A stretch of 64,000 nt of DNA from a virus: IMG/VR virus record IMGVR_UViG_3300021375_000011, positions 56,836-120,835 of that record; one strand, given 5' to 3'. The position numbers and the translations under genes are program-made. Below the pieces are notes generated by a model that saw nothing but the letters and a program-made list of their open reading frames with translations, was not told the DNA's origin and searched no databases. Shown here in pieces: positions 1 through 8,445 of the stretch. Every line of letters starts with the position of its first letter. Within the stretch, counting starts at the first letter, position 1.

Positions 1-213
1 ACGACGTATGTTTGTGAGTGCCTCGCCATAGAGTGCATAACTTAATGCGTTTATGATTGTGGTCTTACCAGTTCCGTTACGTGAACCATCACCACCTAAG
101 TCGATGTTCTCACCAAGTACCAGCGTGAGGTCTTGTCGGTCAAAGTTAATTGCTTGGGTAGCATTACCCACACTCATAAAGTTTTTAACCGTAAGGTCTT
201 TAATTTGAATCAT
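1..213 (-). CDS. gp46: Recombination nuclease ATPase subunit (T4 gp46/SbcC/Rad50-like), 5' part only; runs off the window
   Basis: Not in ORF track. Manual translation from ATG at 213: MIQIKDLTVKNFMSVGNATQAINFDRQDLTLVLGENIDLGGDGSRNGTGKTTIINALSYALYG, with the KNF(M)S strand and Walker A NGTGKTT; downstream of a gp47 homologue. Confidence 0.92.
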   Translation of the reverse strand, partial: MIQIKDLTVKNFMSVGNATQAINFDRQDLTLVLGENIDLGGDGSRNGTGKTTIINALSYALYGEALTNIRR

Positions 214-908
214 ATTGTTTTACTATAATCTTCTAAGGTTTTTGCCAATGTTTGACCTTGTCTTGTCAAGTAATATTGTACATAATCAAAGCAAATAAGT
301 CTACCGTTTAGGTTTAAAAAGTTTATAATTCTGTCATATTGTTTATAATAGTTTGTTTGATCAAACAAACTACCAAAAGGTATCTCAAGGACACGAGGAT
401 TATCAGACAGTGTTTGATTAAGAGTGCTTTGCCCTGGATCTAGATCACCTAACTTTTTCTGTGCAAGTGCATGTAAGATATTATTGCCTCTTTCATCATG
501 CGGTAAAATGCGTATTACTTTTGCTTTTGAGAATGTATCTAGTATTAAATTTACACTTGTATCGCGCCACATATGTGTACCAAAGATCACTTGATCAAGC
601 AAACTGTAATTTAAATTTCTTTTGCCAAGACTTTCAGCAACATGATAGAAAAATGTATCATCAAATTTATAGTGATCAAATTGATCCATAAACTCATAGT
701 CTGTAGTATACATATGAACCTTACCGTTGTCTGCAATGCCATAGTATTCACAACCAGTACGTAGATAGTGTTTATCCACTATCGATATAAGCAAGTCGCC
801 TGAGGATCCTGCTGGGTATACAACAAATATGCATGGATCGTCTTTAGTAAAGTCAACACAGTCTATAAAGTTTCTGCTTTCTAATGCCTCATTTTTTGGC
901 ACAAGCAT
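210..908 (-). CDS. Hypothetical protein between gp47 and gp46 (possible sulfotransferase/P-loop-like fold)
   Basis: 232-aa ORF coupled at both ends (TAATG with gp47, ATGA with gp46); strand-loop FVVYPAGSSGDLL near the N-terminus. Confidence 0.6.
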   Translation of the reverse strand: MLVPKNEALESRNFIDCVDFTKDDPCIFVVYPAGSSGDLLISIVDKHYLRTGCEYYGIADNGKVHMYTTDYEFMDQFDHYKFDDTFFYHVAESLGKRNLNYSLLDQVIFGTHMWRDTSVNLILDTFSKAKVIRILPHDERGNNILHALAQKKLGDLDPGQSTLNQTLSDNPRVLEIPFGSLFDQTNYYKQYDRIINFLNLNGRLICFDYVQYYLTRQGQTLAKTLEDYSKTI

Positions 909-1921
909 TACAGACTCCTATAGATTTCTAATAACAATTTGTTATCGTAGAATTCACTATCAATGTTTATGATTTGTTCTGTAACAATTTGGTCAACACT
1001 TTCAAACTTGATGTCGCCTGGTTGCATTTCTTCTTCCAATGCACTGCGTTTGTTAGGTATAAGTGCCATCTCACGCAGTTTGTACTTGGTTGCAAACTGT
1101 TCTTTGATGTAGTTTGCTTCTTCGTAGGATATTTCTATGTCTAAGTTTACTCTAACATGCATGTTTGGTTTTAGTATTGTGTCAGCATAGTCAATTACCT
1201 GTGAAAGGTCCAACACTTTGTACAATGGTTGATCTGGCCAAGCAATGTACTCTGGCTCTTTGCCCCATTCAAGTATCATGCAACCACGTTGATCATCACC
1301 TGCATCTGAAAAGTTGTGCGGAAATGCATTGCCAATGTAGTTGATGTTGTTTTTCTGTTGACGTAAATGAAAGTGTCCACTAAACACTGTGCCATACTGT
1401 TGGAAGTGTTCTGATTTTATCTCTCCGTGATCAGGCATTTCAACCATAGCATTCATCTTAAAGTGCGGCAGTTCAAAGTGTCCAAACATATACTGAGCAC
1501 TTGCAGTTTTAATCTGCTTGTGATCATCTCCAACCAGCCAAGGAACAAGTATCACATCATCCTGTTCAAACCAGTCGTTGCATATTTTCAAGTTTGGTAT
1601 GTGCTTTGCCCATTCAAAACTGTAGATATCACGTTTGTCTCTATAGTACAAGTCGTGATTGCCAGTTATAAAGTAGGTTATGTCAAAACTACGTGAAAGA
1701 TTTTCTAATGCTCTTAGACTGTGGCTCATGGTTTGCAAACTTAAACTTGCTCTATGATGATGCCAGTCTCCCATGAAGATAGCAGTTTCACAGTTGTGTA
1801 TTTTGCCTTGTTGTACTGCCCATTCTACAAAGTTTTCACAGTCCTGATTGTGCATGATGCTATTGCTTTTCATGCCAAAGTGGATGTCTGTGAACACTAG
1901 AGCTTTCTTAAACAAACCCAT
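908..1921 (-). CDS. gp47: Recombination nuclease subunit (T4 gp47/SbcD/Mre11 metallophosphoesterase)
   Basis: Motifs TDIHFG, GDWHH, GNHD, GHFE, SGHFH; next to gp46- and gp55-like genes. Confidence 0.93.
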   Translation of the reverse strand: MGLFKKALVFTDIHFGMKSNSIMHNQDCENFVEWAVQQGKIHNCETAIFMGDWHHHRASLSLQTMSHSLRALENLSRSFDITYFITGNHDLYYRDKRDIYSFEWAKHIPNLKICNDWFEQDDVILVPWLVGDDHKQIKTASAQYMFGHFELPHFKMNAMVEMPDHGEIKSEHFQQYGTVFSGHFHLRQQKNNINYIGNAFPHNFSDAGDDQRGCMILEWGKEPEYIAWPDQPLYKVLDLSQVIDYADTILKPNMHVRVNLDIEISYEEANYIKEQFATKYKLREMALIPNKRSALEEEMQPGDIKFESVDQIVTEQIINIDSEFYDNKLLLEIYRSL

Positions 1922-1930
1922 ATATGTGTC

Positions 1931-2824
1931 CTATTTTTTAGCGGCTTCTGCTGGTTGTAGTTTTTTTGCATCTGGTGAATTGTTAAACTGTCTTGTCCAA
2001 CTTGGGTTCAACCCGTTTTGCTCTAGTATGTCATCGCGTATGTTTTGATTTTTCTTTTCAATGTTTAAGACTCTGGTAAAACTGTTTGTGATAGTAGCAG
2101 TGTAGTATGCAAATGGATTTTGGCTCTTGCTTTCATCAAACTGTAGTCCAATTTGACTCAGTTGTAGCAATGCTTGTCCACGCATTTCTTCATTGTATGT
2201 GTATCCGCGCCAGTTTGATCTAGTAGCATAACGTTCACACAATTTTATAAACATGTGTGCAAGTTTGTCAGTCATCTTACCATGGTCTTTTGAGAAGTGC
2301 CCGTTCTCCATACCACCAACCCAGTGCGATTTACCTACAATATACGGCACTTTGTTCTCATCAATCATGTAGTGCCAAAAAGGAGGAAAGTTAAGTTTTA
2401 CGTAGTTGAGATCTTGTTCAACATCACTCATCAGTTCTTGCAATCCATCATCTTCGACATCAACGTCATCCATTTCGAGGAGTTCTTCTAGTTTGCTTTT
2501 TTTCTTTTCTTGTGCTTTGGTCAGTTTCTTTGGCACCATTGGAATATGATCCCAACAAATTACTCTGAACACAAGTTCTTGGTTGTTTAGTTTTGTTGGA
2601 TCGAGTATTTCGCCAGTTAGTCTTTTGATTCTATCTGCTTTGTTGCGTCTTGCTTCTGCAACACTACGCTGATTGATCTTGTCAACACTAGGCACAATAA
2701 TATCATACTGTGCAAATTCTCTTTCTAAGTAAGAACAGTAGGTATTCTTGCTTTTCCAAATTTCTTTTAGTATATCTCTGTTGTTTAGATAGTTTACTTT
2801 TCTAGGTGCTTTCACCGGTGGCAT
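1931..2824 (-). CDS. gp55: Late-transcription sigma factor (T4 gp55-like) with long N-terminal extension
   Basis: C-terminal NWRGYTYNEEM...QFDESKSQNPFAYYT is the gp55-type signature; RBS AAGGAG; gp55-47-46 order as in T4-like phages. Confidence 0.85.
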   Translation of the reverse strand: MPPVKAPRKVNYLNNRDILKEIWKSKNTYCSYLEREFAQYDIIVPSVDKINQRSVAEARRNKADRIKRLTGEILDPTKLNNQELVFRVICWDHIPMVPKKLTKAQEKKKSKLEELLEMDDVDVEDDGLQELMSDVEQDLNYVKLNFPPFWHYMIDENKVPYIVGKSHWVGGMENGHFSKDHGKMTDKLAHMFIKLCERYATRSNWRGYTYNEEMRGQALLQLSQIGLQFDESKSQNPFAYYTATITNSFTRVLNIEKKNQNIRDDILEQNGLNPSWTRQFNNSPDAKKLQPAEAAKK

Positions 2825-2853
2825 ATGATTCTCCTTAGCCTAATAACTTGCTT

Positions 2854-2882
2854 ATTATACAACATTACTTATCAGAAGTCAA
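2854..2882 (-). promoter_or_regulatory. Sigma70-type promoter for the gp55-47-46 operon
   Basis: TTGACT (2882-2877), 17 nt, TATAAT (2859-2854), upstream of the AAGGAG RBS. Confidence 0.8.
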
Positions 2883-2887
2883 TCATT

Positions 2888-2916
2888 AACTACGCACTTT
2901 TTGGTAAGCATAAATA
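2888..2916 (+). promoter_or_regulatory. Late-promoter-like box CATAAATA preceded by imperfect palindrome AACTACGCACTT
   Basis: ATAAATA at 2910-2916 (T4 late consensus TATAAATA); near-palindrome at 2888-2899; heads the baseplate module. Confidence 0.7.
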
Positions 2917-2933
2917 AGACTAGAGGAGTATAC

Positions 2934-4919
2934 ATGGCATATTCACAGGCAAAAGCTGACAGAATGAATCAACTTGCACAGCAGTATCCTAAAGCACCTA
3001 TTGGTACTTTAGCAACGTTGGCTAATATACCTGTAAGTGAATTGGGTAACTATACCAATGATAGTGTAGGCACACGTGCAAGTAATGCAAACTTTGGCAG
3101 AGTAACCAGCGAAGAGTCTCAGAATATTCAATCAACTGATACGGCACGTAACACTCCTGGATCAGGAACTGCATTTCAAGGTGGCGGTACTATTGCTGAA
3201 CAGGCATTTGGCAAGCGACCTCAACCGGATCCGTTTCCAGCGGCTCCACCACCAAGACCAGTACAGGCACAAGATAGTGATGTAGATTTTACAGATGCGT
3301 ATGGTGAAAATTTTAGACAAGCAACACCAATTCCTACACCAGTTGTGCAACCACAAGATGATGATGTTGAATTTGCTGATGCATACGGAGAAAGTTTTCG
3401 AGAAGTTACGCCAATTCCAACAGACACACGTTTTCCGACTAGTAGGACATCAGAGCTTACGCAGAACACAGTTGACCCTGGATTGGCAAATGCCCTACGT
3501 GATCAAGAGCGTAGAGCAATCGAAGCTAGTAATGCATTTGAGGAGCCACCAGCACCGTCACCATATCCTGCACCTCCACCGCCACGTCCAGTAGAAAGTT
3601 TTGATGCACCTGTAGATGATTTCAGTGGTTATCCAATTACACAAGTTGATGACTTTAGTGGACCTACTAGAAATATTACACAGGTTGATGACTTTGCCGA
3701 ATATCGTCCACCAGTTACAGAAGTAGATGACTTTGCAGAATTTCAAAGTCCAAATCAAGTAAACCAATTTGGAGTAGATGATTTTGGTGATCCAGAAGCG
3801 GCACAATTTGATGCCTTTGGTGATCCACTTAGAGCTCCAGCAGATGTAAATGACTTTGAGGAATATGGCGACTTTATCGATGAACCAGGAGCAGACTTTG
3901 ATGCATTTGGCAATCCAGTTACTCCAATAGTTGAAAACGATGGAACAAATTTAGTTGGCGATGATCCAGTTGCTGACATTGGCGACGGCGCAGAAGGTGA
4001 TGGCATTGACGGAGTTGAGCAGGCAGCTATATCACAACAAGAACAAGCCGCTATTAACGCAATGGCATTAAAACAAAAGGCACAACAACAACAAACAATT
4101 AGTCAGATGCGTGAAGCATCAGGTGTTAAAAACGCAGATGGTGATTGGCGTGTTAAGCTCCGATTAGCTCCGCAGGCAACTTACTTGTACAAAGATCCTA
4201 ATCCAGGTATACTTGCTCCATTAGCAGTTACAGATGGAATTATATTTCCTTATACGCCAACAATAGATGTGCAGTACAGGGCAGAATACACAAATTACTC
4301 GCCAACACACAGTAATTACATGCATTACTTTTACAAAGGTTCTAGTGTGCAAACGGTGCAACTACAAGCAGAATTTACTGCACAAGATACTGTCGAAGCA
4401 GAATACCTACTAGCATGTATACACTTTTTAAAAAGTTGTAGTAAAATGTTTTATGGGCAAGATGCACAAAGAGGATCTCCACCACCATTAATATATCTTA
4501 CTGGATTAGGCGAATATCAATTTAACGAAGCACCATGTGCGATAACAGAATTTAACTACAACCTGCCAAACGATGTTAACTACATACGGGCAAGGAGTAG
4601 ACATATAACAAGAGATGATGCACTTCAATTTCAAAAGCCATTGGCAAGTTCGACAACAAATGGAAATTTTAGTGCGTTAAACAGGCTAAAAACAGCAGTA
4701 ACAAATGCTTTAAACGGAAATACTGAACCATTACAAGTCGGTGCTCAACCATTTAAACCAGCACCAGGTAACCTGGGTACAAAAGGTGCAACCTATGTGC
4801 CAACTAAGTTGGCAATGACCATTAACTTATTACCAATTGTTAGCAGACAACAGGTCAGTCAGCAATTTAGTCTCAAAGAATATGCAAATGGTAACTTAAT
4901 TAAAAGAGGAATGTGGTAA
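2934..4919 (+). CDS. Putative baseplate/tail-tube junction protein with long acidic low-complexity N-terminus
   Basis: ATG at 2934 follows AGAGGAG; globular C-terminal part (DWRVKLRL...GIIFPYTPTI...FLKSCSKMFYG...GSPPP) directly precedes a gp53-like gene. Confidence 0.6.
   Translation: MAYSQAKADRMNQLAQQYPKAPIGTLATLANIPVSELGNYTNDSVGTRASNANFGRVTSEESQNIQSTDTARNTPGSGTAFQGGGTIAEQAFGKRPQPDPFPAAPPPRPVQAQDSDVDFTDAYGENFRQATPIPTPVVQPQDDDVEFADAYGESFREVTPIPTDTRFPTSRTSELTQNTVDPGLANALRDQERRAIEASNAFEEPPAPSPYPAPPPPRPVESFDAPVDDFSGYPITQVDDFSGPTRNITQVDDFAEYRPPVTEVDDFAEFQSPNQVNQFGVDDFGDPEAAQFDAFGDPLRAPADVNDFEEYGDFIDEPGADFDAFGNPVTPIVENDGTNLVGDDPVADIGDGAEGDGIDGVEQAAISQQEQAAINAMALKQKAQQQQTISQMREASGVKNADGDWRVKLRLAPQATYLYKDPNPGILAPLAVTDGIIFPYTPTIDVQYRAEYTNYSPTHSNYMHYFYKGSSVQTVQLQAEFTAQDTVEAEYLLACIHFLKSCSKMFYGQDAQRGSPPPLIYLTGLGEYQFNEAPCAITEFNYNLPNDVNYIRARSRHITRDDALQFQKPLASSTTNGNFSALNRLKTAVTNALNGNTEPLQVGAQPFKPAPGNLGTKGATYVPTKLAMTINLLPIVSRQQVSQQFSLKEYANGNLIKRGMW
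3264..3422 (+). repeat. 84-nt (28-aa) intragenic tandem duplication
   Basis: QAQDSDVDFTDAYGENFRQATPIPT / QPQDDDVEFADAYGESFREVTPIPT; CAAGAT anchors at 3270 and 3354. Confidence 0.85.
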
Positions 4920-5227
4920 TGGCTGAAATAGAATATGGTTCAAATAGCATGTACTTTGACACTCCTATAGTACAAAATCAATACCTTGGTGTTATGGTTG
5001 ATCGCCCAATACCAAAATTAATTGATGATCTAAGTTTTACCATTAACGAAACATATAATCTACGTCCTGATGTATTAGCATTTGACTTATATGGCGATGC
5101 CGCACTTTGGTGGGTATTTGCACAACGTAATCCAAATCAATTACAAGACCCGTTGTTTGATTTTGTCACTGGTACAACAATCTACCTACCACAAGAGTCT
5201 ACACTAAAATCAGTATTAGGCGTCTAA
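4919..5227 (+). CDS. gp53: Baseplate wedge protein (T4 gp53/LysM-like)
   Basis: RPDVLAFDLYGDAALWWVFAQRN motif; TAATG coupling gives start 4919. Confidence 0.8.
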   Translation: MAEIEYGSNSMYFDTPIVQNQYLGVMVDRPIPKLIDDLSFTINETYNLRPDVLAFDLYGDAALWWVFAQRNPNQLQDPLFDFVTGTTIYLPQESTLKSVLGV

Positions 5228-5228
5228 T

Positions 5229-8200
5229 ATGGCAAATCCGGCAGAGATCAACAGCGCCAGACTAAGTCAGCAACTTGAGATCAATCGTCAAAAGCTCGCA
5301 GTTAAAAGTTTGCAACAACAAGCTCGCACAGGAGCAAAGTGGAGCAATATTCAAGATGACTGGGATACCAGTGATGAAAGCGTTAAACTTACACGTAGCA
5401 CATTGCAAAATCTAAACGGACAAAACGAAGGATTTAAGAACAAACCAGGCTATGTTACTACAAAGGTTAAACTCACTAGAAATATTACAGAAACAAATGT
5501 GCTTGTAAACGATCTTCAAGTTGTAAAGGAAACAACAATTAAAAACGAAAACTCGTTTGAGGTAACCAACAACTTGCCAAGAACTAGTGCTGGCACTATT
5601 GTTTCTAACGATGCTATTGCAGTTGAAAACACTGGTCGATTCACAACACCTATCGAAGGTAATAATTTATTCCTTGACGACACTGTAGTGAAACCAGTTG
5701 TAGCAAGTCTAAATAAACCTACTAATGCAAGGTCAGCAAGTCTAAGTGGACTCGAAGATCAACAGTTAGGAGATGCCAAAGGGTCAGGATCAACTAGCAC
5801 AGTTGGCGGCGGAAATACAGTCCGTAAAATTACTGCTACACAAAATCAAAATAGTGTACAAGCAACAGGACAAGATATACAGAGGGCAACTGATGATGAT
5901 TCAACCACTGTAGTGTCAAATAGCGTTGGTACTGCTAGTCAAGTGGTTGAAGGACGAACAGAAGTCGCAGCTGAATTTATGCAAACTATCACACCATCTC
6001 CAAACAAATTAGCAGGATTAGCAAGCCAAACATATGCCATATCGATATACCTAATGAACACTGATGAGTATACACAGCTATTAGGCAGTGATAGTAAAGT
6101 TTTACCAACAGATCAACTGATAGTACAAAGTGGTGGAGCACCAGTGGGCCAACGTAACAAATTTTTTGATCTTGATTTTTACATCGAGAACTTAGAATTA
6201 CTTACAACAATTGGAACACAAGGTACTGGTTCCCCTCACAATGTTGTAAAGCTATCGTTTGAGATACTAGAAACAAATGGCATTACGTTTCTTGAAAGAC
6301 TTAGGCAAGCAGTTTGGGAGCATACCGGCGACAGATCACAAACCATTAATGGACAAAACTATCTTATGGTGATCAGATTTTATGGTTACGATGATCAAGG
6401 TAATTTAGTAAGTAGTGCACCTGGACAAGAACCAAAACCAGAACAAACAAGTGATCCAAATGCGTTGGTTGAAAAGTTTATTCCGTTTCAAATAAACCAA
6501 TTAAGATACAAAATTGCTTCTGAAGCAGTGATGTACACTATTGAGGCAACACCAACAATCATGACAGTTGGCTATAGTACTGCACGAGGCACAATCCCAT
6601 TTAATTTTCAACTTAGTGCAGTTGATGTTCAAACCTTGTTAAATGGCGATACAGAAATACAAACAACTCAAAGACAAATTACAGACACTGACGATGACGA
6701 AGCCATGGAAGTTTCTGAACGTGCTCCGCCTGCAAAAAAAATTGGCTTAAAAGGAGCAACTATAACACAAGGACTGGCTACTGCTCTAAATGAACATCAA
6801 CAGTTGTTAGCAGAAAAAACTCCTGGTATGATTCCAGACAAGTACACAATTGAATTAGAAGACGTTGCTGGACTAAAAGATGCAAAAATGCGTAAGCAAG
6901 GCACTGTTGACAAACGTAGATCCCCACTGCAAGACAATCCAGATCCAAATCAAAAACTTAACCAAAAGAAGCAGAACTTTGATACAGATACTAAAAATTA
7001 CAGTATAAATGCTGGTACACAGATTGTGCAGTTGATTGATCAAGTGATGAAGAATAGTACCTATGTAACTGCTCAACAAACAGTTGCGTTTGATGAAATA
7101 AGCAAAAAGGAAATTAAAAACACTCCAGTTAAAACTGTACAATGGTATAGAATTACACAAACTGCAACTCCTACAGAGTATGATCCTGTGCGTCAAGATT
7201 ATGCATATGACATACACTACAAGATATCAAGGTACCAGATTAACACTCCACGTTCACCATACTTTCCGCCTGCAATGTACAGAGGTGTACACAAGTTGTA
7301 CAACTATTGGTTTACAGGACAAAACACAGAAGTAATAAACTTTGAAGTAGAGGCAAATACCAACTATCTTTCTCCTATTAGCAACAGTGGACTTGCTAAC
7401 AATACAATCAATGCAAGGTTTGCTGAAAAACAGTTTTTTCAAACAAGTGCTGAAGAAAGCACACAAGGTGGACAAGGTGAAAGTACATTGCCAGCGGCAC
7501 AACTTGCTTCTCGATTGTATTCTCCAGCTGATGTAGCAAAAACAAATATAGAAATAATAGGCGATCCAGACTGGATTACACAAAGTGAATTGTTCTATAC
7601 AGAATCAAATCTTAAACCATTTGAGCGTGACGGAAGTTGTAACATGAGAGCCAGTGAAGTACTGTTTGAATTGAGATTCAATCGTCCAACAGACTATGAT
7701 TTGCCAACTGGGTTGACACCAGTGTTTAAAAACAATACAGGGTCAAGTGCTATTACTGGTGAAGTTAATCTTCCTGAAGAAAGTATTGTGTTTATGGCAC
7801 AAAAAATTACCAATAAGTTTCAAAATGGAAAGTTTACACAGGAGATACTAGGCACTCTACGAGACTTTGCTACTGCCATTGACAGTCCAGAAATGAAAAA
7901 AGAAGAGTCCAACAAAGTTGAAAAAGTTGCAACACCAGTTGCTCGACCAAGTGGTGTGCGTAGCACAAAGAAAGAACCAGTGCCAACATACGATGATGCA
8001 GTGCAACGTAGAGCAAGAGGACTAGGTGTTGCGAATAATTCAGCACCGACAGGTGTAAATGAACGTCCTGACTATATTACAGGCAGTGGTAGGCCTAGTG
8101 GTTTAAAGCCAACTGAGAACCAAGGCAGTAAAGTAGCACCTACGCAAAACTACGATGATGCAATTATGCGTAACAAAAGAATTGCCACTATGCAAAATGC

Positions 8201-8438
8201 TAGTACTAACTATGTAGACCCAATAGTAAACAAGGCAAACTGGCAACCAAAAGTACCACCAAAGCCTGCTTCAAATGTTATAAGCGACGATGCAGGAGGC
8301 AACAACGGTTTTCAAGGATCGTTGTTGAAACGCAAGAATCAACTTGCCTTAGAAAGATCAAAACGCAGAGTAGCGGCAGGTGCTAAAGTACAAAGCAGTA
8401 GTGGAGGCGGTGTAAGAACAGACTCCGCATTTAGATAG
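5229..8438 (+). CDS. Large baseplate hub/tail protein (gp27/late-control-D-like, putative)
   Basis: 1069 aa between gp53- and gp5-like genes; IEIIGDP and KITNKFQNGKFTQEI resemble hub-protein C-termini. Confidence 0.55.
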   Translation: MANPAEINSARLSQQLEINRQKLAVKSLQQQARTGAKWSNIQDDWDTSDESVKLTRSTLQNLNGQNEGFKNKPGYVTTKVKLTRNITETNVLVNDLQVVKETTIKNENSFEVTNNLPRTSAGTIVSNDAIAVENTGRFTTPIEGNNLFLDDTVVKPVVASLNKPTNARSASLSGLEDQQLGDAKGSGSTSTVGGGNTVRKITATQNQNSVQATGQDIQRATDDDSTTVVSNSVGTASQVVEGRTEVAAEFMQTITPSPNKLAGLASQTYAISIYLMNTDEYTQLLGSDSKVLPTDQLIVQSGGAPVGQRNKFFDLDFYIENLELLTTIGTQGTGSPHNVVKLSFEILETNGITFLERLRQAVWEHTGDRSQTINGQNYLMVIRFYGYDDQGNLVSSAPGQEPKPEQTSDPNALVEKFIPFQINQLRYKIASEAVMYTIEATPTIMTVGYSTARGTIPFNFQLSAVDVQTLLNGDTEIQTTQRQITDTDDDEAMEVSERAPPAKKIGLKGATITQGLATALNEHQQLLAEKTPGMIPDKYTIELEDVAGLKDAKMRKQGTVDKRRSPLQDNPDPNQKLNQKKQNFDTDTKNYSINAGTQIVQLIDQVMKNSTYVTAQQTVAFDEISKKEIKNTPVKTVQWYRITQTATPTEYDPVRQDYAYDIHYKISRYQINTPRSPYFPPAMYRGVHKLYNYWFTGQNTEVINFEVEANTNYLSPISNSGLANNTINARFAEKQFFQTSAEESTQGGQGESTLPAAQLASRLYSPADVAKTNIEIIGDPDWITQSELFYTESNLKPFERDGSCNMRASEVLFELRFNRPTDYDLPTGLTPVFKNNTGSSAITGEVNLPEESIVFMAQKITNKFQNGKFTQEILGTLRDFATAIDSPEMKKEESNKVEKVATPVARPSGVRSTKKEPVPTYDDAVQRRARGLGVANNSAPTGVNERPDYITGSGRPSGLKPTENQGSKVAPTQNYDDAIMRNKRIATMQNASTNYVDPIVNKANWQPKVPPKPASNVISDDAGGNNGFQGSLLKRKNQLALERSKRRVAAGAKVQSSSGGGVRTDSAFR

Positions 8439-8445
8439 GTAGGAT

